Source: Octopus vulgaris (lineage: Eukaryota). From it: a stretch of DNA of 64,000 nucleotides. Below are positions 38,857-51,104 of the stretch, in pieces. The notes under the pieces are model-generated. The model did not search any database, was not told where the DNA came from, and was given only the letters and a program-made list of their open reading frames with translations. The position numbers and the translations under genes were made by a program. Positions within the stretch are counted from its first letter, which is position 1. Each line of letters starts with the position of its first letter. Location: positions 62,806,001 through 62,870,000 of the forward strand of contig OX597826.1 of assembly GCA_951406725.2 (NCBI GenBank), given 5' to 3'.

Positions 38857-40618
38857 ATATATATATGTATATATATATACACGCATTATATATATAAATA
38901 TATATATACAATTACTCAATACGTCTAAAATATTACATTATCATAACTTTGAGTGCATGTGTATGTGTGTGTGTGTGTGTATCTATGCGTGTGTGTGTGT
39001 ATGTATACACAGACGTATGATAAGGAATATGTAATTTAACAAACTGGAGGCGTGTGGTTTAGTGTGAAGTGTTTTGGACCCGTGACCGTAAGATTGTTGT
39101 TTCGATTCCTTGATCGGGTGACACGTTGTTTTCTTAAGCAAAACACTTCAATCATCTTGCTCCAATCAACTCAGCTAACAAAACAACAGTGGGGAATATC
39201 TGAGTCACATGAACGGGCAAACGGGCTTTTTAAATCAACATGACTCAGGTAAGACCTTTATCTTTTATTCTGTTGCCACTTAAACAAGTTGAAAGAGAAT
39301 ATGTTTTAGATTAAAAAAGAACTTTATTATCTTAATTTTGAAAAATGAATAAAGTATAAAAAAACGCATTATTTATCAGATGACACAATATGTCTGTCCG
39401 TCTATCTGTATGTATGTACGTAAGTACTTACGTACGTACGTATGTGTGTATGTATATATGTATGTATGTGTGTTGTTTGAGTGTGTATATGTATGTATGT
39501 ATGTGTGTTTAAGTGTGTAAATGTATGTATGTATTATGTAAAGCGAGACAGATAAGTGACAACCTGGCCAGTGGTGGTGTTAGTAGACACCATACTAATC
39601 ATATCTGTCGGGCATGTGGAAGAGAGTGTAATTCGGCAGGATGACTTAAACAACATGCAAGGGTACATGAAGCCCAGTTACAACTAAAGCCGGCTATTAC
39701 CGGTAAAGGTTTTAGTTGCCAATTCTGTACAAGACATTGTTGATCTTTAGCTGGGCTACAAAGTCACCTTCGATCACAGCACCAGTAACAGTTAAGCCTC
39801 GTGCAATGACCATACTCGATAACGAAGGGGCACCCATAATGTATTATGTATGTGAGCTTGCCTACCTGTGCATATGAAGACAGGATCTGGCGGACTTTGC
39901 AACTGAAACCTTCATACTGCAACGGAGAGGAAGGCGACTGCGGAAATGCATTGTGGAGTGTAGTGAGCAAGATGGCGCAAGTAAGACATTTTGGTCATCC
40001 GCTACATATGTTACCATCCCCAGCCGTCTTGATCTGGTCTGGGTATTGAACTGAGGATGGTTACAGGCGACAGTGAGGTTTGTTGCCACGCAAGACAACT
40101 GTCATCCATCGATAAGAAGATGGTCGTCTTTTCGAAGGAGGAACATGATGCATCTATGTATGTGTCAGTGTGTACATTTTTTGATATATGTTTCTCTATG
40201 TAATTATTAATGTTTTTTATATGTGTGTAGGAATTGATATTCATCTGTCAAATCATCTAGCAAGGATTACAGTGTACCGATCTGTGAACTGGAGAGACAT
40301 GAGCTGAATATATTTTGCCATTAATATGAGAGAAGCATGTGAATTGAAGACCAAATTTTATAGTAAAGAAAAAGAAAACTCTACAGCAAGTTGTAAAAAT
40401 TATTTGTTACTGTATAGTTGATGTTGTTACGGCCTCTTCTGGTGAAATGTAGTCACTGCACGTATAGTGGAGAAGGGAAACTGTGCTACAAACTAAGCCA
40501 AAACAACTTGACCACAGCCTTGTAGCAAAAATGTTGCACAGAACCGCTACTGGGAGCGCTAATTTAGAGAGTTAAAGAAATAAATAACTGTGATTTGAAG
40601 TTGATGACTAAAGAAGTA

Positions 40619-40660
<42 letters not shown>

Positions 40661-41887
40661 GCTCCCTTTCTGTCACTCTCCTCTTTCTTTCTTTCTTTCT
40701 TTCTTTGTGGCTTATTCCCTATTTATTTCAGATTTGCAATTTTATTTATTGTTTTCCTTGCCCCTAACACAAACTGTCTCTCTCTTTCTCTCTCTCTCTC
40801 TCTTTCTGTCTCTCTCTTTGTCTCACTTTCTCTCACTCTCTCACACACACACTCACTCTCTATCGCTCGCTCGCTCTCTCTCTATTTCTGTCTTACACAT
40901 ACACAACTCTCTCCCCCTCTCCCTTTCTCGCATTCTTCCTCTCTTTCCCTTTTTCTTTCTCTGCCATACTCTCCCACTATCATTTTTTTTTCATTACCTC
41001 TAACTAATTTTACCATTTATTTTACATCAAGCAACTTTATATCTGGCAATCAATTTATTTGGTTACGTGATAATAATAAAGAAAGAAATCGCCGCAAAAC
41101 AACAGTGCCAGAAATAATATTTAAAACAAACTAAATCGGTTATGCTCTCTCCTCTCCCTATCATTTCTACATATCCCAACAACAACGGCACCGTATCCTC
41201 TGAGGTTCCTGGTCTCGTAACTCTGCCACTCAAACACACCAATCCGCTCGTTCACACTCGCCCTTCTCGGTACATACACTGCCCTTAGACCCCGACTCTA
41301 ACTCTTATACTCAAGCTTTTCTCACTTCTTTCTGGAATTTTCTCTTTGTACAGGTCTTTATTTCAAGTATTGATCTGAAAACAGATGAAACGGTGCACTA
41401 ACGGCATCGAACTAATCAAGAGCCTGCAAATTTAACAGGGCAAACTCAAAACATAAAGGCCCCCCCCCAAAAAAAATAAGACACCTAGTCTAATAACAAG
41501 GACTACAATTATTTGTACTCTGTGTAAAAAGCATGAAATGATGGATGAGGGGTAGGCGATTGCATCGACTCCAGTGCTAAACTGGTACTTAATTTATCGA
41601 CTCCCAAAAGTTTCAAAGGCAAAACCGACCTCAGCAGCATTTGAAATCAAAACGCAAGGCTGGAAGAAATGCCGCTATCCATTTTGCACGGTAGTAAAGC
41701 AGTTACAGTTTTAACCAATGGTCTGCGAAGTTGCATACCAGTATTCAATTTCGTCTCATTACATTCGAAGTTCATATTAGACGAATATCATCTTCGCTTT
41801 TCATCCGCCCGGAAGCTTTTAAAATGACTTGAAAAAGCATACTAGGGCCGATACATACATACATACATACATACATACATACATACA

Positions 41888-41921
<34 letters not shown>

Positions 41922-41978
41922 CATACATAATACATTCATACATACATACATACATACATACATACACACATACATACA

Positions 41979-42012
<34 letters not shown>

Positions 42013-42106
42013 CATACATACATACATATATGTAACGTGGGTGCCCGCTAGGAACTGACGATAATGCTATATACGTGCATTTACATATGGTGATGGTGGT
42101 GGTGGT

Positions 42107-42290
42107 GAAGAAGAGAAGACGAAGAAGAAGAAGATGAAGAAGAAGAAGAAGAAGAAGAAGAAGAAGAAGAAGAAGAAGAAGAAGAAGAAGAAGAAGAAGA
42201 AGAAGAAGAAGAAGAAGAAGAAGAAGAAGAAGAAGAAGAAGAAGAAGAAGAAGAAGAAGAAGAAGAAGAAGAAGAAGAAGAAGAAGAAGA
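42107..42290. repeat. (GAA)n array
   Basis: Direct reading; about 50 uninterrupted units. Confidence 0.95.
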
Positions 42291-44052
42291 ACATTATGAT
42301 GATGATGATCGAAAGCAAGACAATAAACAAAAGAAAGGCTTGCTGCGCCGTTGTTAGAGCATCAACTCAAAATAATCCAATATTTTATCAGTTTGCCACC
42401 GCCTTCATGACAGCTTCTACTTTCAGTTTCGTTTTTACCAGTCAGTATCAGCTGACATTCTATCGTCACTTAATGTAGAAGAACTGGTCGAGAGAAAACA
42501 GCTGTGGCACTTTTCAAACTGCTATGCAGTCTCTCTACACCGATGTTGTACGCTTTGTGCGTTTGTTCGTTCGATCAATCACTGATTGGCTACTGTCTGT
42601 CTAGCTGTCTGTCTACCTGGCTGTCTGGTTGGCTGGTTGGATGACTGGATGGCTGGATGGCTGGCTGGCGTGCAGGCTGGCTGGCTGGCTTGGCTGGCTG
42701 GCTCACCCACACCATTGCTGCCACCATTACGAGACTGATAGGAGGAGCGGGAAGAGTAATTAACGAACAGGAGTATTTCAACTATAAAATCATTGTCGTC
42801 TCTTTTCCACCACCACCCCTCTTTCGCGCACTCACACACACACGCACACACACGCGTACTTATTCAATCTCACACTCACATACTCACACGTATATAATTC
42901 AGACACAGGCAAACACTTTATCTTCTCTCACTCATTCCATTCTCTCTCACTCACACTCCGTTATGTTTCTCTCTTTTGCTCTCTCTCTCCCTCTCATTTA
43001 CTCTCCCTTTATACTCCTCTTCCTCTCTCTCCGTCTTCCTCTCACTTCCTCTCCCTTTATACTCCTCTTCCTCTCTCTCCGTCTTCCTCTCTCTTCTCCT
43101 CCCTCTCTCTCTAACTCAGACAAACACACCCAGCCGCACACCCACGTATGCATTATACTCCCTCTCTCTTACTCTTCTTCCTCTCCTCTCTTCTCTCTCT
43201 TCCTCTCCTCTCTTCTCTCTCCTCCTCTCTCTATCCCTGCCTCCCTCTTTCTTTTCCTCTATCTCCCCTCTCCTTCTCTTTCCCTCTCGCGCTCGCTCTC
43301 TCTAACACACACAAACACCAAGCCACACACACATTCTGCTCCCCCTGTCTCTGTCTCTCCCACATACATTTTCCACCTTTTCTCTTTCTTTCTCATTGAT
43401 TTAACCATTATACATTGTAAACACAAGCTTATGGTACCAAGGGAGCAAGGACATCACAGCATTGTTGCACAGCTGGATTTACTATGGTACAAATATCAAA
43501 TTATAAGATTTTATTTCATTTTTTATATATATAAATATTTTTTAAAAGAACAATAGAAATCGAGAAATTGTTTTAAATTTGCAGATTTTATGTTGCCATA
43601 GTTATAACTCAGAAATTTGCATATAATGCTTACTGCTACTTAGTATTAAATATATAATAGTTTTTAAAACATCTGTTTATATTTTATATTGTTGTGGAGT
43701 CTGCCTTGTCAGATGGGCAGGAAGAAAATATCATTCTTATTCTATTATATCACATCCAGAACTTAATTAAGTATTTTATCCTGTCTATGTTCAAACCCAA
43801 AGACTGTGGACCTATTGGAACACTTACATTTAAATATATATGCACTCACAGAAAGATATGATTAACAGTCTAATGCTTTACCGACTGAGCTATAAAGGCA
43901 ATATTAGCTTATTAGGGAAAGGCCGAAGTGCTATCGTGGACGGGTTGTGTTTAGGGAATCAGTTGACCCCTATCAAATCCTGCCTCTCTCTCTCTATCTA
44001 TCTATCTCTATCTCTACCTCTCTCTCTCTCTTTCTCTCTCTATATATATATG

Positions 44053-44107
<55 letters not shown>

Positions 44108-44189
44108 ATATATATATATATATACATATATATACATATATATATACATATATATATACATATACATACATATATAAAAATATATATAT

Positions 44190-44380
44190 AGCTGAAATTT
44201 ATAGAGAAACAAAAGACGAAGACAGGTGTATAAACAACATGCAGGTGTATTAGTTTGAGGCTCAGGAAGGTGAGAAAGTCTTTTACGTTTCGAGCCTATG
44301 TTCTTTAAGAGAAATGAGCTCGAGAAAATAAACAGAGAGAGAATAAAAAAACTTTTGGAGTTAGCGGTCAATCATGGTGA
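44190..44380 (-). mobile_element. PLE pLTR-like insert between (TA)n tracts with a degenerate hammerhead (44281-44314)
   Basis: Reverse complement TTT CTCTTAA A GAAC-atag-GCTC GAAA CG TA AAA; same layout as 3198-3232 but the CUGANGA box is decayed. Confidence 0.5.
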
Positions 44381-47300
44381 TATATATATATATCACTATA
44401 TCTCTCCATCTCTTAATATGTCTCTCTGCCTTTTTCTTCTATCTATCTCTACACTTGCACAAATGCACTCTCAAATACAGTCATCACTTACCCTCATGTA
44501 TTTGTATATATTTGACCACGTCCGCTAATGTCAATGGAAAAGAGCTACGGGCACACCCACGCGCTCACACACATACACACACCACACACACACACACGCG
44601 CGTGTAAAGAAAGGATTATAACATAATCGATACGACAGACGTGTCACACAAACAGCGACCGCTCTTGTTTCATAGAATTTCTACATTTGTCTAAGCGTCA
44701 ATGCTTTCCTACGCATAATGAGCTACAGCCTAATGTGTCCCCCTTGTAGATTCCGTTGGAAGCAACTGGACCATTCTGGCTACTAAAGTTTTCAGTTCGA
44801 ATGCTCATCTTATGCAATACAATTCTGCATCAATTATGGAACTTACAACAGCCACCTATGTATCATACTTAATAATTACACATCGCTGAAAGACCAGGCG
44901 TTGCGGCATTATTCCTAACATAACATCTCTTATGGTTGTAATGCAGTGAATATTGGCGGAAGACGTAATATCATCTCTGGAGCATCCAACGAAAACACAA
45001 GTTGTACTTCAGCATTTTTGGAAATCTTCAATGACGTTTACTCGCAGCCAGACACATGACTGGATAACAGATTGTTACGTCGATATAGGAATCAGTGACT
45101 AAATCATACACTGATGTTGCGAATAGCTTTCTGGTTGAATAAAAGTCTAGTATATGCATTCGAGGCAGTATTAAATTAAAATAACCTAGTTTCTACAATC
45201 GTCACACAGCGATATAACACGACACATGCTCTCACAGCATGATATACGTCACATTAGACAAAACTGACACTTAGTTATACAGCACAAACCAAACATTATA
45301 TACCGTATACAATGACTGTATATATAGTGGATCTCCGTTGATCGATGATGAGAATTAAGCCATTTGATAGACTGATTTCTCTACCCCTTGAATTGTTAAT
45401 TGAATGAGACTGTTGGGCACGGCTTCTTGGATGCTATTGATTTCGACTGGACATTATTTGCACTCAACTTGTTTTGGCGGGAGTATATTTTGGTATAGGA
45501 GACCAGCACATGCACACAAACTCATACATCCACACACAAACATAAACACACACAAATACAAAAACACACACACATACACACATGCGCAGAAATATACGCA
45601 TGCAGAGATATTAAGGAAGTAAGAGAGACAAGGGATAAAAAGAGAGAAGCATTAATATTTATTAATTGAACACAACTGATTTAAAAACTCATACATATAC
45701 CGATAAATATGTTCACACGTACAAAAAATCAGAGGTACAAAGAGAGAGACAGAGAGAGAGATTAAAACGAAACAAGCATTAAAGCGTCAGATTCAAATAA
45801 ACTTCGAATCAGTGACCTCAAAGAGGCGCTGCCAAAACGGTAGTACTAAAACGGTGGTGACAAAACGCCTCATGCCCTTGAATTAATGTGTTAAAGGCTG
45901 AGCATACACCAGTACCAGTAACATAATTTTAAGGTTAGAATAAGCGTAGAATAGAGTACCTTTATGAATTGAAAGTACAATTCACCAGTCATTCTTCTGT
46001 AGAGTTTCTCTCCACCCAGTTTCATTCACAATGTCGATGTAAGATTATAGAATATGAAAAGATATTGTACAATGCGATCGAACCCGGAACATCGTGGCTG
46101 CTAAGTGAACGTCTGTCTTAATCATATGGCTATACTGCACCAATTAGCGTAAATATAATACATTAAAAGGCTCACCTATAACAGAATGCAATCACCATCC
46201 AACAATACAACTTATATTGCATTTATTCAACGCCACAAGCGAAACTCTAAAGTAACTCTACATGATCAGTTGCTGTCAAGACTAAACAAAGCAGAAATGA
46301 TTGACGGACAAAAACAAATGGATGAGAAGATGAGAGAGAAGAATCTTTGATTGCAAGGAAAGGCTAGAGCTACTCCAATAGGACGTACAGAAGATACATA
46401 TAATTATGTAAAATACAAAAACTAATCGCAAAATGTGTTGAGGTTGTAAAGAAACAATCAATCACATCAACCTTAGCTGTCTAGTTCAAGCTATGCACAC
46501 GTATGTGCCCAGAAGGGATTATGTGTATGTATGTATGTATGCATGTATGTATGTATTTATGTATGTATGTCTGTATGTATGTATGTAAGTATGTATGTAT
46601 GAGATAGACAGATCGGTAGATAGAGATAGAGAGAGAGATATATGTAGATAGATATAAAGAGATACATACATACATACATACATACATACATACATACATA
46701 CATACATACATACATACATACATACACACATACATACATACATACATACATACATACAAACAAACATACATACATAGACAGGTAGGCAGGAAGAGAGAGA
46801 CAGACAGACAGGCAAACAGACATGACAAATGAAGATTTCCTAAACTGAAGAATATGTCAGCATTATGAAACACCCGAAATGTACTCCACAACAATTGTCA
46901 CATAATGACATCGTAATCTCACTCTGGGACATGCCATTTCATAGAACTATGGAGATTAAATTAATTCACCCGGAAACAGTTGTCAAGACCAACGGCAAAG
47001 AAATGTTTGCTAATTGCTAATCGATGTATCAATTCCGAAATGGCAAAATTTTAATTCTAGCTGAATAACAGAAAGAGAAGCGAATTAAAAATTCGTGAAA
47101 ACAAAAATACCCAGCGTATGTTGTTTGCAAGCAGAAATAATCAGTTTTACATTTTTGCTGGGAATTTTTAGAAAAGATGCAATGAATTACATTTATCCTC
47201 GTTTATCACGGGGGCTCGGTTAAGAAAATTTATTAAGTGAATGACTGATAAATGAATCATCGCTGTATACTTTGTAAATGGAAGAAAGATTTATACATTG

Positions 47301-47569
47301 ACAGAAAAATTGCGGCCCGCAGCATCGAAGCTGCCACAATCACGATTTTGTCGTTTGTTAGTATCAGACCCACTTTAGAGATTTTCTATTTACTGGCCCC
47401 ATACGACTACGAAAATTCACATGAAAACGACTCAACCTTGCAGTACGGAATATACAGATCCAAGGGTATTGCGCAGAGGGACTGAAAACTTGGTTGTAAT
47501 GCATGCTTCGTAACTGCGTAACCAAATCCGCATCCATGTTGCACATAAAATGCATAATTAATTACTAAG

Positions 47570-47906
47570 CAATTGCAGCGTGGAAGGTGTTTGTAAGCCA
47601 TTTAAGAAACACACAAAAGCTGTTCGATTCACTTCAACATTTAAGTTTAATTTGTCAAAATATTTTCGTCGCTATAAGACCGCGACCTGTTCACTGACAA
47701 AAATCCGTGCTGCATTTTTGTCAGTGAACAGGTTCGCGGATTTTAGCGACGAAAATATTTTGACAAATTAAACTTAAATGTTGAAGTGAATCGAACGGCT
47801 TTTGTGTGTTTCTTAAATGGCTTACAAACACCTTCCACTGCAATTGTTTCCGTTCCAGCACACGATCTCAGATCAAATCACTTGCTATGCGAGTACATCT
47901 CCGTAA
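47570..47906. mobile_element. Second copy of the palindromic Penelope-like insert
   Basis: Arms 47570-47704 and 47714-47846, same 3' tail ending GAGTACATCTCCGTAA; direct repeat (TAA)TTACTAAG at 47559-47569 and 47904-47914. Confidence 0.8.
47651..47701 (-). ncRNA. Minimal hammerhead motif, G3:C8 variant (mirror copy on plus strand at ~47717-47767)
   Basis: Reverse complement TTTGTCA GTGAACA G GTCGC-ggtcttata-GCGAC GAAA ATAT TT TGACAAA; the loop differs from the other copies while the stems are kept. Confidence 0.7.
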
Positions 47907-48240
47907 TTACTAAGATTAATAAACAATTATGGCGCTTAAGTAACAGCATTAATTGTCAGTTTTATACATCAACTAAATAGTTTATACATTGATGGAGGAC
48001 ACAAAATCGGGTATATCTTCTATGAGAAACTATCAACAAACTGCAATACGGTCAATCGAGTGACTACGACAGCTTTATTTGGACACCAAAAGCCTTAACA
48101 GAATGTGTTTGCATTAGCATAATTTCAATCACAGCTAAAGCTTTTTTTAATATTTCAATTATTTCAGTCCAAATTGTTCGTTGCATAGTCAATATGTGTG
48201 TGTATGTGTGTGTGTATGTGTGTATGTGTGTGTATATGCA

Positions 48241-48283
<43 letters not shown>

Positions 48284-48298
48284 ATACATATATATATG

Positions 48299-48351
<53 letters not shown>

Positions 48352-50629
48352 TACATACACACACACACACAAATATAAAAGGAAAGCCACTAAGCGGTCT
48401 CCTTACCTGCTGAAAGTAGACGGCAAATCGTCTAACCACGAAAAACGCGTTCTCATTTAACGGCGCGGTGGGTGTGCTCGTGCAAGACACTATGAAAAGA
48501 TATAAAGGGACCTGTCAATTCCATACTTCGAAGTTTCACCATTAATGATGAAACAATTGTCCTTGGATCTTAAGTGGAATGCGCTGGGGACTCATAATAA
48601 TAGAACACGACTACATACCATCCCCATGAAAGGACACACGTGCGTACAGAGTTCCACAATTATACATCATGTGTTCAATTCAAATGCCTTCAACCAAAGT
48701 GCCAAGCCAGAATAAATCAGTAGTCAATTATATTCAGCAGTGAATTTCCCGACTCGAGAACTAAAGTATTTAAAATATATGAGTACTAAGGGTAAAAATT
48801 ATTAATAAAAATTAATTATTTATACGAGTAGCCAGCATGTGTAAAAATATGTCCAAGTACTGCAAATTATATTCAAATATAAGAGGAAAGCCCCTAAGTG
48901 TTCTCCTTACATGCTGAAAGTAGACGCCAAATCGTCTGACCACGAAAAATGCGTTCTCATATGCACCAGGTAAGGTTGGATAAACCTATGGATCAAATAG
49001 GATATTCCAATAAACCAACCGTATGAGTATTTAGCGCCTAGGGTTTGGTCCAAATCACGTGTTACGTTGAATAATACGTTGCTGGTATACTCTAGGGTGT
49101 ACGACAAGCCTTTGGTGTATTATAATCAAATGAATAATAACATACGATGGATAATTGTCAACTCATTACAACTATTGGATCTTATCGGTTTGGCTGCCAG
49201 CATTTCAAAAATTGAATTTATCTAAAATTCTCAACTTTGGCACGATGATACACTTGTCCAAACTGAATTGCTGGATGTATTTAATTTTTTCCAGAAATAT
49301 GTTTTTAAAAAGTTATAGAGGTTTAAAGTTTGATCATTTGCACCCAGTCAGGAAACAGGATTTGGAAGCTGTCATTTTGTGCGCGACTGCACATCCTGAA
49401 AATAGCGCGTGTTGTCAATATTTTTAAACAACACGTGGTATGTCTCCATTAAGTTTCATTCATGTAAATCTCATTTAGCTGTTATTTTTTAGCACACAAC
49501 ACGACTACCTCAATGCTCAATGACGAAAAAAAAAACGAGTTAATAAACATTTAAGCATTCAATATGCATTAAATGCAAATGCGATAAACAACGTGTTACA
49601 TGCGATAAACACATTACAAGTTTTAACAGAAAGATTTGGAAGAATTAAATGAACGTTCTCTTGTAATTTTCTTTCATGTAAATAAATGTTATGTTAATTT
49701 AAAACTTTGCCAGCAAAATCTTATAAAATGACGATGTTCCAAAAGTTGTTCATGTTTATATGTTATATATGAAAATAAGACTCAACAAAATATGCTAAAA
49801 AAACAATCATTTAAGCATTAAAAACAAAAATTTAACTTTCGGTTTTAATTTTTTTTTTAAATATCCTCTGTGTTCAATGTTTCCATAATAAAAGCAAAGA
49901 TACTGGAGCTTGCTGCCATAATCACAAAGAACAGAGAACAAAGCGTCAGATTTGCTGCCTCGCAGATAAAAGACTTTTCAAAGACTGCTTGGATTCGCTT
50001 GTTACTATGGCAACAGGTACGTTCAGAGACAAAAGATTTCTCATGTTCCGCTTCCTACTATCGAAACTGGCAGGAATGTGTCTGTAGCTTACGATTGGCT
50101 AAAACTACCAAAATTTTCAAACTTTAATTGCCAATAACCCGTTATTTATTGACATATAGCGAAAATTACTTTCACGTCATTAATTAGCTTATAAATATGT
50201 ATCATTATACTGAATATGAAATCAATTTAGCAGCCAAACGGAGAAGATCCCAGCTGTTTTACGTATCTTTTTAATAGAAGAATGAGAACATTACACCATT
50301 ACAAAAAATCGTTATCATCAGATGAAACGTAATTTTACAAACTAAAGAGTATCCCAAACTTAAACCAGGGATGTGGCTGAAGTCTGTCGAAGCCAACTAT
50401 AAAATGGGTGTATGACAAACAAAATTGCTATTGCATAGTACTGAGTACACCACAGATAGAATTCATAGTTCCTTCAATATAGCACATCATGCAAGTAGAG
50501 TAAGTGCGATAAGAATGAAATGTTAAAGGGAAATAAGACTAGGACTCAGAAACAAATAGGTAGATAGATCGACTTTTGGGTCAACAATAGAAGGAGTAAA
50601 TTAGATTGGCTGTAGGTTAGGAGCTATTA

Positions 50630-50830
50630 TAGAGGTTGTTTAGTACCCTTAAAATATTTAAAAGTGCCGGTAGCCTTATGTATACAGGAAAGACGAAGGT
50701 CTATTTTATTATTTAGTAGATTTTCACCATCTGATGTCTTTACAGTTTCAAAGAGCTCTATGCAGCAAAGCCTGCAAACGTATCTATTGTTTAAGTAAGG
50801 TTTAGCGATCCTGATGATGTCCTAAATCAA
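50630..50830 (-). pseudogene. Penelope-like (Naiad-type) GIY-YIG endonuclease C-terminal relic
   Basis: Translates to I*DIIRIAKPYLNNRYVCRLCCIELFETVKTSDGENLLNNKIDLRLSCIHK, matching the W.I...A.PY....C.LC..E......LLN....C.H pattern; a decayed HHR-like motif follows downstream (50250-50325). Confidence 0.7.
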
Positions 50831-51020
50831 GAAAGTTTTTGTGAAAATTAATTAATTCAGGTTTTACGTATAATGAGGATTTTTTTTCAATTATTTCCTT
50901 TGTTAAAGTTATAAAATCTTTTATCAGTATGTTACTGAATTTTTGGGGAAGAAGTTTTTTTCCAAGTGTGTGAGCTCTTTCGATTAACTTTTTCAAACAC
51001 ACGTGCTATATGACACACAC

Positions 51021-51104
<84 letters not shown>

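Noticed and set aside
39850-40050. Possible RTE-like LINE C-terminal relic (RHFGH, RRGR)
   Set aside because: Motifs are out of the expected order and weak.
42657-43556. 299-aa Leu/Ser-rich ORF
   Set aside because: Product of GGCT, CA and CT low-complexity tracts; no domain signature.
49230-50225. Possible decayed DNA transposon with partial inverted repeat (TTAAAGTTTGA / TCAAACTTTAA)
   Set aside because: Only ~11 bp match; no termini, TSD or transposase found.
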